IMG/VR virus record: IMGVR_UViG_3300037461_000766
Coordinates: 1-46,523 of that record
Length of the DNA stretch: 46,523 bases
Source: a virus
Lineage: Duplodnaviria; Caudoviricetes
Reading direction: 5' to 3' (one strand)
The notes under the pieces are model-generated. The model saw nothing but the letters and a program-made list of their open reading frames with translations. It had not been told where the DNA came from and did not search any database. Shown here one piece after another: positions 1 through 7,025 of this stretch (position 1 is its first letter; every line of letters starts with the position of its first letter). A program made the translations under genes and the position numbers.

Positions 1-127
1 ACGCCTCTTCGTGACGGTGTCGTAGACGCGCACGTACCAGTTGCGGCCACGACGGCGGAGCGAGTAGTAGCGCAGCACGACAGCCCTCCCTGCCCCGTGG
101 GAGCCCTGCCACCTGACACCACCCGTG
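1..127 (+). repeat. Terminal direct repeat, left copy (circular assembly overlap)
   Basis: acgcctcttc...caccacccgtg is identical to 46397-46523 and cuts through the integrase 5' end; 127 is a common assembler k-mer length. Confidence 0.95.
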
Positions 128-374
128 ATCCCACGGCCTGCCACCCGCAGCGTAGACGACGAGGGATCGCCAAAGAAATCGAAACAGCCGCAAACGTCAA
201 GAGAGGGGAAAGTAGGGGAGCGGTTTGAAGTTCGGAAGGATCGGTATGGAGTTAGGGTGACACTGGAGGATCCTCCAGTGCTACCACCACGGGAGGACGA
301 AAGTCGGAAGTACTGATGCGCGCGGCACATCATGATTTCCGCCTCCCAGCCTTGGCACCACGGGTGATCCCACG
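96..374. other. Putative attP region with arm-type repeats
   Basis: Immediately upstream of the integrase start on the circle. CACCACCCGTGATCCCACG (117-135) matches CACCACGGGTGATCCCACG (356-374) at 17/19; CCTGCCACC at 105-113 and 137-145; CACCACGGG at 285-293; 20-bp palindrome at 261-280. Confidence 0.55.
261..280. repeat. Perfect 20-bp palindrome CACTGGAGGATCCTCCAGTG
   Basis: Directly visible; extends imperfectly to GGT...ACC (256-285). Confidence 0.9.
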
Positions 375-542
375 ACGGGCACTGGCGACGCCCTTCTGTC
401 CCCTGCGGAGGCGGCGCTGCAAGCCTCTGTAGTAGCAGGTGCGGCAGAGCCCCTTGGCCGCATGCGGGCGTCGCGTCTCGCCGCATTCGCGGCACGCGGC
501 GCGCGTCAAGCTCCACTGTCCTTTCCTCAGCCGTGGGCGCAT
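330..542 (-). CDS. Small basic zinc-finger protein (CxxC-x6-H-x5-CxxC); candidate regulator or recombination directionality factor
   Basis: CRECGETRRPHAAKGLCRTCYY motif and Arg/Lys-rich tail; ATG at 542 (alternative GTG 551) lies just downstream of a sigma70-like promoter. Confidence 0.7.
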   Translation of the reverse strand: MRPRLRKGQWSLTRAACRECGETRRPHAAKGLCRTCYYRGLQRRLRRGQKGVASARRGITRGAKAGRRKS

Positions 543-549
543 GTCGGCC

Positions 550-577
550 ACCTTACATGTAACAGCGGAGAAGTCAA
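550..577 (-). promoter_or_regulatory. sigma70-like promoter for the leftward (Zn-finger/int) transcript, with an overlapping palindrome
   Basis: TTGACT (577-572), 16 nt spacer, TAAGGT (555-550); palindrome TTACATGTAA at 553-562. Confidence 0.5.
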
Positions 578-589
578 GCGGAAAAGATC

Positions 590-619
590 TTGCGATCCGG
601 CCACGGTGAAGAGTAGGCT
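590..619 (+). promoter_or_regulatory. sigma70-like promoter for the plus-strand lipoprotein pair
   Basis: TTGCGA (590-595), 18 nt spacer, TAGGCT (614-619), then GGAGG RBS and ATG 667. Confidence 0.4.
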
Positions 620-666
620 TGAAACCGCGTCAAACAAGACCAAAGGCCAAGAACATGGAGGCAGCC

Positions 667-1032
667 ATGAGAACCTTGTCGTGGTCGTGCTGCGTTGGGG
701 TCGCGCTGGTCGTGGCCGGATGCTCGGCGCAGGCGAAGCTCAAAGCTGATCCGCGGTGGGGGCCCGAGCTCCGCGACCTCGGACCCGTGACTGCCGGAGT
801 CGACCAGCAGTCGATCGGCGCCCTGCTCTGCGAGGAGATCATCAAGGATGCCCTCAGGGCCAAGACCAGCGAATCGTTCGGCGTCCCGGCTGGCTCCGTC
901 GTCCTGGGCGAGATCGAAGTCAAGACGTGGGTGACTGGTCTCGGCCTTCTGCGCGCGTGGCAGGCCACGGCACATGCTGGCGTGGATCCCAAGGTGGCCG
1001 TGCCTAAGCCTCCGAAGGTGGTGGGCTCATGA
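667..1032 (+). CDS. Predicted lipoprotein (possible RcsF/YbjQ-like fold); moron or superinfection-exclusion candidate
   Basis: GGAGG RBS; signal MRTLSWSCCVGVALVVAG|C with lipobox VAGC; fold is an inference from the LGPV...L...VVL pattern. Confidence 0.7.
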   Translation: MRTLSWSCCVGVALVVAGCSAQAKLKADPRWGPELRDLGPVTAGVDQQSIGALLCEEIIKDALRAKTSESFGVPAGSVVLGEIEVKTWVTGLGLLRAWQATAHAGVDPKVAVPKPPKVVGS

Positions 1033-1451
1033 GCCGACAAACAGGACTTTTGCCCCTCTTGACGGTGTCGCTTCTTTCGTCGTGCGCCACGCCACGTCCC
1101 GATGTCGGCCACTACGGAGTCATTGGAGATCTGCCCGGGAGCTGGGCGATGATCTATAGCTCCGGATCCGACGCGTCGCGAGTCGTCCCGCTCTTTGCGT
1201 CGCAGTACGGCTACTGCCAGTGGCACTACGCCATGAGCATCCGTGACGACTGGCGGATCCATGAGCTCGCGACGGTCCAAGGGGAGATCCGATGGGTCGC
1301 CGTCCCGGCCACGGTCAAGATCACCGACTCGGTCGACACCAGGACGTACGACGGCGGCTACCAGACAATCCGCAAGGTTAAGGTTCTTGACGGATCAGAC
1401 ATGGGGCAGGTCGGCTGGGTCCCGTGGGACTGGATCGTCTTCGTTCCTTAA
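1029..1451 (+). CDS. Predicted lipoprotein with SH3-like C-terminus
   Basis: ATGA overlap with the upstream gene; lipobox LSS|C; C-terminal VKVLDG..G.VGWV resembles bacterial SH3 strands. Confidence 0.7.
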   Translation: MSRQTGLLPLLTVSLLSSCATPRPDVGHYGVIGDLPGSWAMIYSSGSDASRVVPLFASQYGYCQWHYAMSIRDDWRIHELATVQGEIRWVAVPATVKITDSVDTRTYDGGYQTIRKVKVLDGSDMGQVGWVPWDWIVFVP

Positions 1452-1466
1452 GGACGATGGTATGGA

Positions 1467-1928
1467 TCACGGTCGCCAGTCCTTATCGATTCCGGCCTCA
1501 TGATTCTCGCTTACTGCGAGCGGTCGCGTCAGCGTTGGGTTGAGCTGGAAGAAGGCGTCGTGCCAACTTTTCCATGTGCGTCGATCGATGACCTGGAGCT
1601 CTCGCAAGAAGCATTGGATGTGGAGATCAAGCGCAGCGTGAATGTTGGGATCGCGAAACCCATCAGTCCCAAAATCGCCCAGGCGATCAACCTTGGCGCG
1701 TAGGTCTTTATTCTCACGATCAAGGCGGCTCACCTCCATTTCGTTGCGGACTACCATCCCGGTCCCGACCACCAGGGCCGACACCCCTGGGATGATGTAG
1801 TCCTTGAGCCATCCGCGCATCCATGACTCCCGTCTCGCATTGCCACTGCCGCCGGCCACAAGCTGCCCTTGTAGATCTGCGTTGCCATCGGCAGGACGCT
1901 TGCGGCGCCGGCGTCTGCCCTCGGCCAC
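1467..1928 (-). CDS. Membrane-anchored coiled-coil protein (lysis-cassette candidate)
   Basis: Hydrophobic segment YIIPGVSALVVGTGMVV followed by a heptad region; alternative start ATG 1820. Confidence 0.55.
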   Translation of the reverse strand: MAEGRRRRRKRPADGNADLQGQLVAGGSGNARRESWMRGWLKDYIIPGVSALVVGTGMVVRNEMEVSRLDRENKDLRAKVDRLGDFGTDGFRDPNIHAALDLHIQCFLRELQVIDRRTWKSWHDAFFQLNPTLTRPLAVSENHEAGIDKDWRP

Positions 1929-1931
1929 ATG

Positions 1932-2159
1932 TCACCTGACCAGCTTGACGATCCCGCGCGACAGCGAGTAGGCGCTGACCATGATCGCGACGGCCCAGAT
2001 GGCGGCCACCTGGACCTGCACCTCCGTGGACTGCGTCAGCGCCAGGATAGCGACGATCGCGCCCACGGCGGTCTGGGCCCACTCGCTCGTGGTAGCGCCG
2101 GCCTTCGTCGTGGCCGAAGCCGCCGGCGTGGTCGTGCTGTTCGATTCCGTATCTGCCAT
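1932..2159 (-). CDS. Holin-like 2-TM protein
   Basis: 75 aa, two hydrophobic helices, basic C-terminus (SRGIVKLVR), AAGGAG RBS, at the end of the late operon. Confidence 0.6.
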   Translation of the reverse strand: MADTESNSTTTPAASATTKAGATTSEWAQTAVGAIVAILALTQSTEVQVQVAAIWAVAIMVSAYSLSRGIVKLVR

Positions 2160-2180
2160 GAAAAGCTCCTTTCGTACAGC

Positions 2181-2522
2181 CTATGGACTTGGAGTTGTGA
2201 TCCCGATCACGTTCCTGACCGTGTACCGCACGGGCTTGGTCGCCTGCTTTCCGTCGGCGTAGACCGCCCGCACCGCAATCGTGCGAACCTCGGTCTCCAT
2301 GTCGCCGTCGATGATCCTGGTCTCCGTGGCCGAGATCGGGATCGTCATCGTGCTCGCAGGTGGAGTGACTTCCGCCTCCGCACGGACCACGCCCTCGGAC
2401 GTCTCGTCCACGATTCCGATGTAGACGTGGACGGGAGCCTCGAGGTTGCCGTAGCCGTCCTTGAACGTCAGGACGACGCCGAAGTCGGTGCGTTCGTTGA
2501 CCTCGATCATTGCGTCGATCAT
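2181..2522 (-). CDS. Small beta-rich virion adaptor-like protein
   Basis: Alternating beta-strand pattern; 4-bp overlap with the repeat-protein gene. Confidence 0.6.
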   Translation of the reverse strand: MIDAMIEVNERTDFGVVLTFKDGYGNLEAPVHVYIGIVDETSEGVVRAEAEVTPPASTMTIPISATETRIIDGDMETEVRTIAVRAVYADGKQATKPVRYTVRNVIGITTPSP

Positions 2523-3568
2523 GTTTCACCCGCGATGATTTGCCGTTGGAGACCTGCTGCCGTGATCGTCCGTTGCGTCGCTGAGGACGTGATCGTCCGC
2601 TGTGGAGCCCTCTCGTAGGCCTCCTGTCCCTCGACCCACAGGAGCGCGCCCGCGGAGAGCGTGAGCCGGCCCTCGACGACTCCGGACAGTGCCGCGCCCG
2701 AGGAGAGGGGGATCTCCGTCACGATCTTGAGGATCGCGCCCGACGTGAGGGTGGCCGTCCCGCCGGGGAGCCCGAGGGCCGCGCCCGAGGAGAGAGCGGC
2801 CGGCGTCCCGTCGAAGCGGATCCGCGCCCCTGACGACAGGGGGACCGCCGTACCGCCGGCGAGGATCGTCCCCGAGGGTAGGTCCGCGCTCCCGCCGGCG
2901 AGCCGCAGGTCGGCCCCGGAGCTGAGCGGGGAGGTCCCGCCGGCGAGCCGGAGCGCCGCGCCGGAGGGGAGCGCGGCCGGAGTCGCCCACGTGAGGATCG
3001 TGCCCGACGTGAGGTCAGAGGAGCCGCCAACGAGCCGCAGCGCGGCCCCCGAGGTGAGGGTAGCGTCGCTCCCGGCAAAGCGGAGCCGTGCGCCCGAGGG
3101 TAGGTTGACGGTCCCCTCGCCCGAGGGGACGTAGAGATCCGCGCCCGAGGGGAGGTCCCCATAGACCTCGAAGCGGAGGAGAGCCCCGGACGTGAGGTTG
3201 CTCCCCGTGGGCGAGGTCCGCAGGTCCGCCCCGGACGTGAGAGGCGAGCTGCCACCCGCGAGCCGCAGGAGCGCGCCGGACGTGAGCGCCGCGGGCGTCC
3301 CGTCCAGGCGGAGGGCGGCCCCCGAGGTGAGATTGCTCCCCGTGGGCGAGGTCCTCAGCGCCGCGCCGCTCGTGAGATCCGCCTGAGTCCCCGCCTTCCG
3401 GAGCGCGCACCCGCTCGACAGGTCCACCCCGGCCGGCGACGTCGCGAGGAGAGCCCCCGACGTCAGGCCCGCGAGCGCGACCGTGAAGCGGACGTAGGCC
3501 CCCGACGTGAGGGTTTTCGTCCCGGTGGTAGTCCCGCCGGACGGGGTGTCGAGAAGCAGTAAGCCCAT
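2519..3568 (-). CDS. Repeat (fibre/solenoid) protein with 20 ~15-aa L(T/S/P)SGAxL repeats
   Basis: 20 countable tandem repeats plus three C-terminal QR(T/Q)I repeats; very GC-rich DNA. Confidence 0.8.
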   Translation of the reverse strand: MGLLLLDTPSGGTTTGTKTLTSGAYVRFTVALAGLTSGALLATSPAGVDLSSGCALRKAGTQADLTSGAALRTSPTGSNLTSGAALRLDGTPAALTSGALLRLAGGSSPLTSGADLRTSPTGSNLTSGALLRFEVYGDLPSGADLYVPSGEGTVNLPSGARLRFAGSDATLTSGAALRLVGGSSDLTSGTILTWATPAALPSGAALRLAGGTSPLSSGADLRLAGGSADLPSGTILAGGTAVPLSSGARIRFDGTPAALSSGAALGLPGGTATLTSGAILKIVTEIPLSSGAALSGVVEGRLTLSAGALLWVEGQEAYERAPQRTITSSATQRTITAAGLQRQIIAGET

Positions 3569-3569
3569 G

Positions 3570-4169
3570 TCACCTGTTGATCAGGACAAACTTGTCACCG
3601 TTCGCCGGAGACGCCGTGAACGGATCGCTGAACGCGAGATTCTTTGACGACCCGGTGTAGTCCGTAACCTTGCGGACCTGGTCCTTGAGCGTCCCTGTCA
3701 CAAAGCGACAATAGGTGCCATTCCAATGGTCATTGGCGGACTCGGTCAGGTCAGTATCGAAGTCTCCCGCAGCGGCCCCGCTGTCACTGACGGACCCAGC
3801 GGAAAACGTCGGTGCGAGGACGATCTCGATGGGGTCGGGGATGATGTTGAGCGAATCGCCCTTGAGCATTACCACGGCAGATGGCGAGCCGATAGCACAG
3901 ATCGCGTCTGAAAGATCGAGACGGTACATCCCCGGCATGTTCGTGGTGTCGATCTCCTTGAACCCGCCGTCGGAATGTGCAGAGTCCACGGCCGCGAGGG
4001 TCGCGAGGTTGAGGACCGCTGCGGCGGCGCGGTGTCGGCAGTAGTAGCATGAGAGGCCCGATGTGTTGTAGACGAGTCCAGTCTTCCCGGCCCCGACGGA
4101 ACTCGTGGCGTCTCGAATGAAGACGTTGACAGTCTGATCGATTAGGCCCGCGAATAGTTCGTACTTCAT
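3570..4169 (-). CDS. Phage virion structural protein (accessory fibre module)
   Basis: FIRD..S..GAGKTGLVYN...GGFKEID.TNMPGMYRLDL pattern typical of phage tail-region proteins; tightly coupled to neighbours. Confidence 0.7.
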   Translation of the reverse strand: MKYELFAGLIDQTVNVFIRDATSSVGAGKTGLVYNTSGLSCYYCRHRAAAAVLNLATLAAVDSAHSDGGFKEIDTTNMPGMYRLDLSDAICAIGSPSAVVMLKGDSLNIIPDPIEIVLAPTFSAGSVSDSGAAAGDFDTDLTESANDHWNGTYCRFVTGTLKDQVRKVTDYTGSSKNLAFSDPFTASPANGDKFVLINR

Positions 4170-4175
4170 AGCTTT

Positions 4176-5300
4176 TCACCTGATCCCGACGAGAGCGCGA
4201 GGGAAACAGGACCATTCCTTGACTACCAAAGCACCGCCAAAATATCTCAAGTCGCTATCTGTGTTGTATGTGGTCCAAGCGGTTCCGCCGTTATCCTTTG
4301 TATAATAAAGCGCTCCATTACCTGTTCCGCACAAAAGGAAATCATTTCCACCAGTAGCGGCATCCGCTATAGAGTAATAATAGCAACCGAAAATCCCGCC
4401 CGAACCACTGAACATGAATCTATAAGAGTGACCCTTCCTAAGACGGGTATCAGGAATCCAAATAGCTCCTCCTCCGTAATGCGCCGGGGTACCAATCGTA
4501 AATTGTGCCCCACCATTAAAACCAGGATAGAGAGGACCAGCACTAACTGTGGCCCCATCTTCGTACACGTTCAGGTAGACAATATCGATATCCATTGACC
4601 CGGAATACATTGCTATGCCGCATACCGTGATGTCCTCCTCAATAGCAGGTATGTAGGCCCCCTTGATTGTGGTAGTCTGGGCATCGAAGGTTGCGTTTTC
4701 TGTCCCGGGACTTCCAAAAACAGAACCATCGCTAAACTTTAACACGCACCCAGACCAGGGAGAGGAAAAAGAGGACCCATCTCCGTTAAATCCAGTCACG
4801 TGATAAAACGGAACAATCACGTTGGCCGCGCCAGTGACGAACGTCGAACAGTACCCGCCCCCGCCTCGACCCAGCAGGCTGTACGGAGATGCCGCCTGTG
4901 TAGAATCTCCAACTATGATCCAGTATGGTTGACCTCTAACCACATCGTTGTTGGAAGAAAAAGTAATTTTTTTCCAAACGCCAGAAACGATTCCTCCGGC
5001 AAAAGTGGTGTGTGTCTTGCATGATCCTGGGCGCAAATATGTAGAACCGTAATCAGTTAGATGGATCGATAAGTCATTTCCGGTAACAGATGGAGCGGTA
5101 TGGATAAAAATATACACATCTGTCAACGTTCCTGTGCATGGGGCTATAAATCTCCATCCTACGCAGTTACCGGCTGCAGTTCCTTCGCCACTTAAAACAA
5201 AAGCCCCGGACCCACTAAGAGCAGAGCCACTTTTAGACCCGCTTGCATGTCTTCCTATCAGACAGGCTGTTGCCACTCCCTGTGGGATAAGTACAGGCAC
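4176..5300 (-). CDS. Low-GC beta-rich protein; candidate receptor-binding protein
   Basis: 374-aa Gly/Ser/Tyr-rich ORF; sampled 60-mers at 4261 and 5041 are 27/60 and 26/60 GC, far below flanking genes. Confidence 0.7.
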   Translation of the reverse strand: MPVLIPQGVATACLIGRHASGSKSGSALSGSGAFVLSGEGTAAGNCVGWRFIAPCTGTLTDVYIFIHTAPSVTGNDLSIHLTDYGSTYLRPGSCKTHTTFAGGIVSGVWKKITFSSNNDVVRGQPYWIIVGDSTQAASPYSLLGRGGGGYCSTFVTGAANVIVPFYHVTGFNGDGSSFSSPWSGCVLKFSDGSVFGSPGTENATFDAQTTTIKGAYIPAIEEDITVCGIAMYSGSMDIDIVYLNVYEDGATVSAGPLYPGFNGGAQFTIGTPAHYGGGAIWIPDTRLRKGHSYRFMFSGSGGIFGCYYYSIADAATGGNDFLLCGTGNGALYYTKDNGGTAWTTYNTDSDLRYFGGALVVKEWSCFPRALVGIR

Positions 5301-5303
5301 GTG

Positions 5304-5597
5304 TCACCTCGGAATCTTGAACGTCCGCTTCGATAGCGCGCTCGCCACGGCCACGTCATCGACGATGTTGGTTCCGGCGAGCTTGAGGGCCACGGCTATG
5401 TTGAAGAGGATATGGTCGGTCGAATCAACCGTTCCATCCATCATCGCCTGCAAGTCTGTCTTGGCGACCTCGGGAATCATATTCCCGATCTGCATCTTGA
5501 TATGCGTATCCGTCACGCTCAGCACCTTGACTTCGGTGTCGCGGAACTCCATGGGGGGCCTCGCTTTCGTTTCGTTGCTCAGTACCAGAATCGACAC
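5304..5597 (-). CDS. Hypothetical protein
   Basis: Fills the gap between coupled late genes; start GTG 5597 or ATG 5552. Confidence 0.6.
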   Translation of the reverse strand: MSILVLSNETKARPPMEFRDTEVKVLSVTDTHIKMQIGNMIPEVAKTDLQAMMDGTVDSTDHILFNIAVALKLAGTNIVDDVAVASALSKRTFKIPR

Positions 5598-5610
5598 GTC
5601 GTTTCGTTTC

Positions 5611-6102
5611 TCACGCCGTCCTTTTCGAATCTCTCCAGAACCCCATCGGCTCGCGGTGCGGGTCGAAGTGTAGGTAGAGAGCCGCACCCCCCGGGATCCG
5701 CCAGCCGAACGTGTAGACCCGCGTCCGCTCGAAGCCGCCCTCCGGCCTCTGAGTCATCGTGACTTCGTACAGCACGTCGGCTTCCGCGCCCTCGGGCAGC
5801 CCGATGTCGACCACGTGAGCGCCCGAGCGCGCGTCGATCACGCGGAGTTCGCGGATCCCACGGTGATCGATCCGGCCGAAGAGGACCTGGACGAGCGCAT
5901 CCCCGCGCCGCTCGTACTGCCGGACGATCCGCCCATCGTGGTACGCGAGTTCCCAGACGAGCCGGTAGAGATCGTCCCCGGGCTCGACCAGTCGCCGCGC
6001 GGAGTCGACCACGGCGAAGCCCTGGCCGAGCGCCAGCCTCCCGGCCAGGGGATCGAGGAGCGAGCCGCGGACCTCGACGGGTGCGGGGGCGATCGCCGTC
6101 AT
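5611..6102 (-). CDS. Hypothetical phage protein (W.L.Y.DG..V.QY...F..ID pattern)
   Basis: ATGA overlap with the upstream stop; GGAGG RBS. Confidence 0.7.
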   Translation of the reverse strand: MTAIAPAPVEVRGSLLDPLAGRLALGQGFAVVDSARRLVEPGDDLYRLVWELAYHDGRIVRQYERRGDALVQVLFGRIDHRGIRELRVIDARSGAHVVDIGLPEGAEADVLYEVTMTQRPEGGFERTRVYTFGWRIPGGAALYLHFDPHREPMGFWRDSKRTA

Positions 6103-6611
6103 GCGACCTCCGAATATTTCCACGTGATCGTCTTCGAGAATCCCGCGGTCGCGGTGTCGTCGACCCGCGCCTGGGAGACCACGTAGCCGGAGTATCCGGC
6201 CTCCGTGATCGTGCCTGAAATGTTTGCCGCGGCCGGGTCCGACGTCGGCATCGCGTTCGGGCACTCGGTCAGCGCCGGAGCCTCCGGGCCGTTCACCGTG
6301 TCAAAGGTCTTGTTCGACGGCGTGCCCGTCGAGGCGGACGTGTGCAGCGTCCACCCGCCACCCGGGGCGGAGTCCGAGATGTAGTGCCGGATCGTGTCGA
6401 CCTGTGTCGAGCCGCCCATCGCTGTCACCTTCAGGCGATGCCACTTCTCGTAAGAGTAGGCGTAGCCCGATCCCGGCTTCGTGATCGGATAGGTCGCGCG
6501 CTTGTCCGACGTCCCGACCGAGTCCGCCGAGAGCCAGTCTCCGCGCGAGATCGAGTCCGTGACGGTCGGGGTCGTGCCGTTCGATTCTGAGAGTACTACG
6601 GTTGCCGCCAT
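6099..6611 (-). CDS. Phage virion structural protein (YPI..P.SG..YSYEKW.RL pattern)
   Basis: Thr/Ser/Gly-rich beta protein in the late operon; AGGAG RBS. Confidence 0.7.
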   Translation of the reverse strand: MAATVVLSESNGTTPTVTDSISRGDWLSADSVGTSDKRATYPITKPGSGYAYSYEKWHRLKVTAMGGSTQVDTIRHYISDSAPGGGWTLHTSASTGTPSNKTFDTVNGPEAPALTECPNAMPTSDPAAANISGTITEAGYSGYVVSQARVDDTATAGFSKTITWKYSEVA

Positions 6612-6614
6612 TTT

Positions 6615-7025
6615 CTACACTCCTAAGTTTTTCCGCTTGCCGAGGATTCCGAGGGCCAGGTAGAAGGCCGCCAGTAGGCCACCCGTAAGCCCAGCCGTTG
6701 ACGGATTTTTCTCTACGCTGTCGAGGATCGTAGCCCCAGCCTTCGTCGCGATCTCCGTCACCGCAGGGGCGACCACGGCGGTCACCGTCGGTGGTTTCGC
6801 GGCATCCGTCACCGCAACCTTGACGTCCGAGATCATGACCCCGAACATCTGCTCGATTTGCGCCCGCAGATCTTCCTTGTCCGCCTTCTGCAGGTCGCCG
6901 AACTTCGTCACGAGCTCGGTCACCTGAGCCGGGGTGAGCTCCTTCTTCGACTCGCGGAAAAGTGAGCACCCGTCCGCGCCGATCCCGAGAGCCAGAACCA
7001 GCATGAAAACTCGTAGCCTACGCAT
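6615..7025 (-). CDS. Protein with N-terminal lipoprotein-like signal and C-terminal TM helix; unimolecular spanin candidate
   Basis: MRRLRVFMLVLALGIGADG|C signal; C-terminal GLTGGLLAAFYLALGILG followed by KRK; 136 aa; TGATG coupling. Confidence 0.55.
   Translation of the reverse strand: MRRLRVFMLVLALGIGADGCSLFRESKKELTPAQVTELVTKFGDLQKADKEDLRAQIEQMFGVMISDVKVAVTDAAKPPTVTAVVAPAVTEIATKAGATILDSVEKNPSTAGLTGGLLAAFYLALGILGKRKNLGV

Noticed and set aside
1-127. 127-bp repeat as a biological terminal repeat or attL/attR
   Set aside because: It cuts through the integrase coding start, matches a common assembler k-mer length, and a cos-like site lies elsewhere
272-282. 11-bp match CCTCCAGTGCT to the SSB RBS region (43648-43658) as an antisense interaction
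   Set aside because: Short, includes the common GGAGG sequence and is sequestered in the palindrome; could be chance
125-316. 63-aa plus-strand ORF
   Set aside because: No RBS or recognisable motif; lies within the repeat-rich putative attP
288-325. Hammerhead-like or RNase P-like text (GAGGACGAAAG...CTGATG)
   Set aside because: Core reads CTGATGC rather than CTGANGA and there is no room for stems I and III; only a GAC-GAAA-GTC hairpin
335-360. tRNA 3'-end att core (...CTTGGCACCA)
   Set aside because: No T-arm (GTTCRA) upstream; I found no tRNA genes in the window
1529-1723. Embedded Rz1-like o-spanin ORF
   Set aside because: TTG start without a clear RBS; the only cysteine is too far from the hydrophobic stretch for a lipobox
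2600-3520. CRISPR array or non-coding tandem repeat
   Set aside because: Repeats are degenerate, in frame and explained by the protein repeat; no cas genes
4176-5300. Diversity-generating retroelement target
   Set aside because: No reverse transcriptase in the genome and no template-repeat copy noticed
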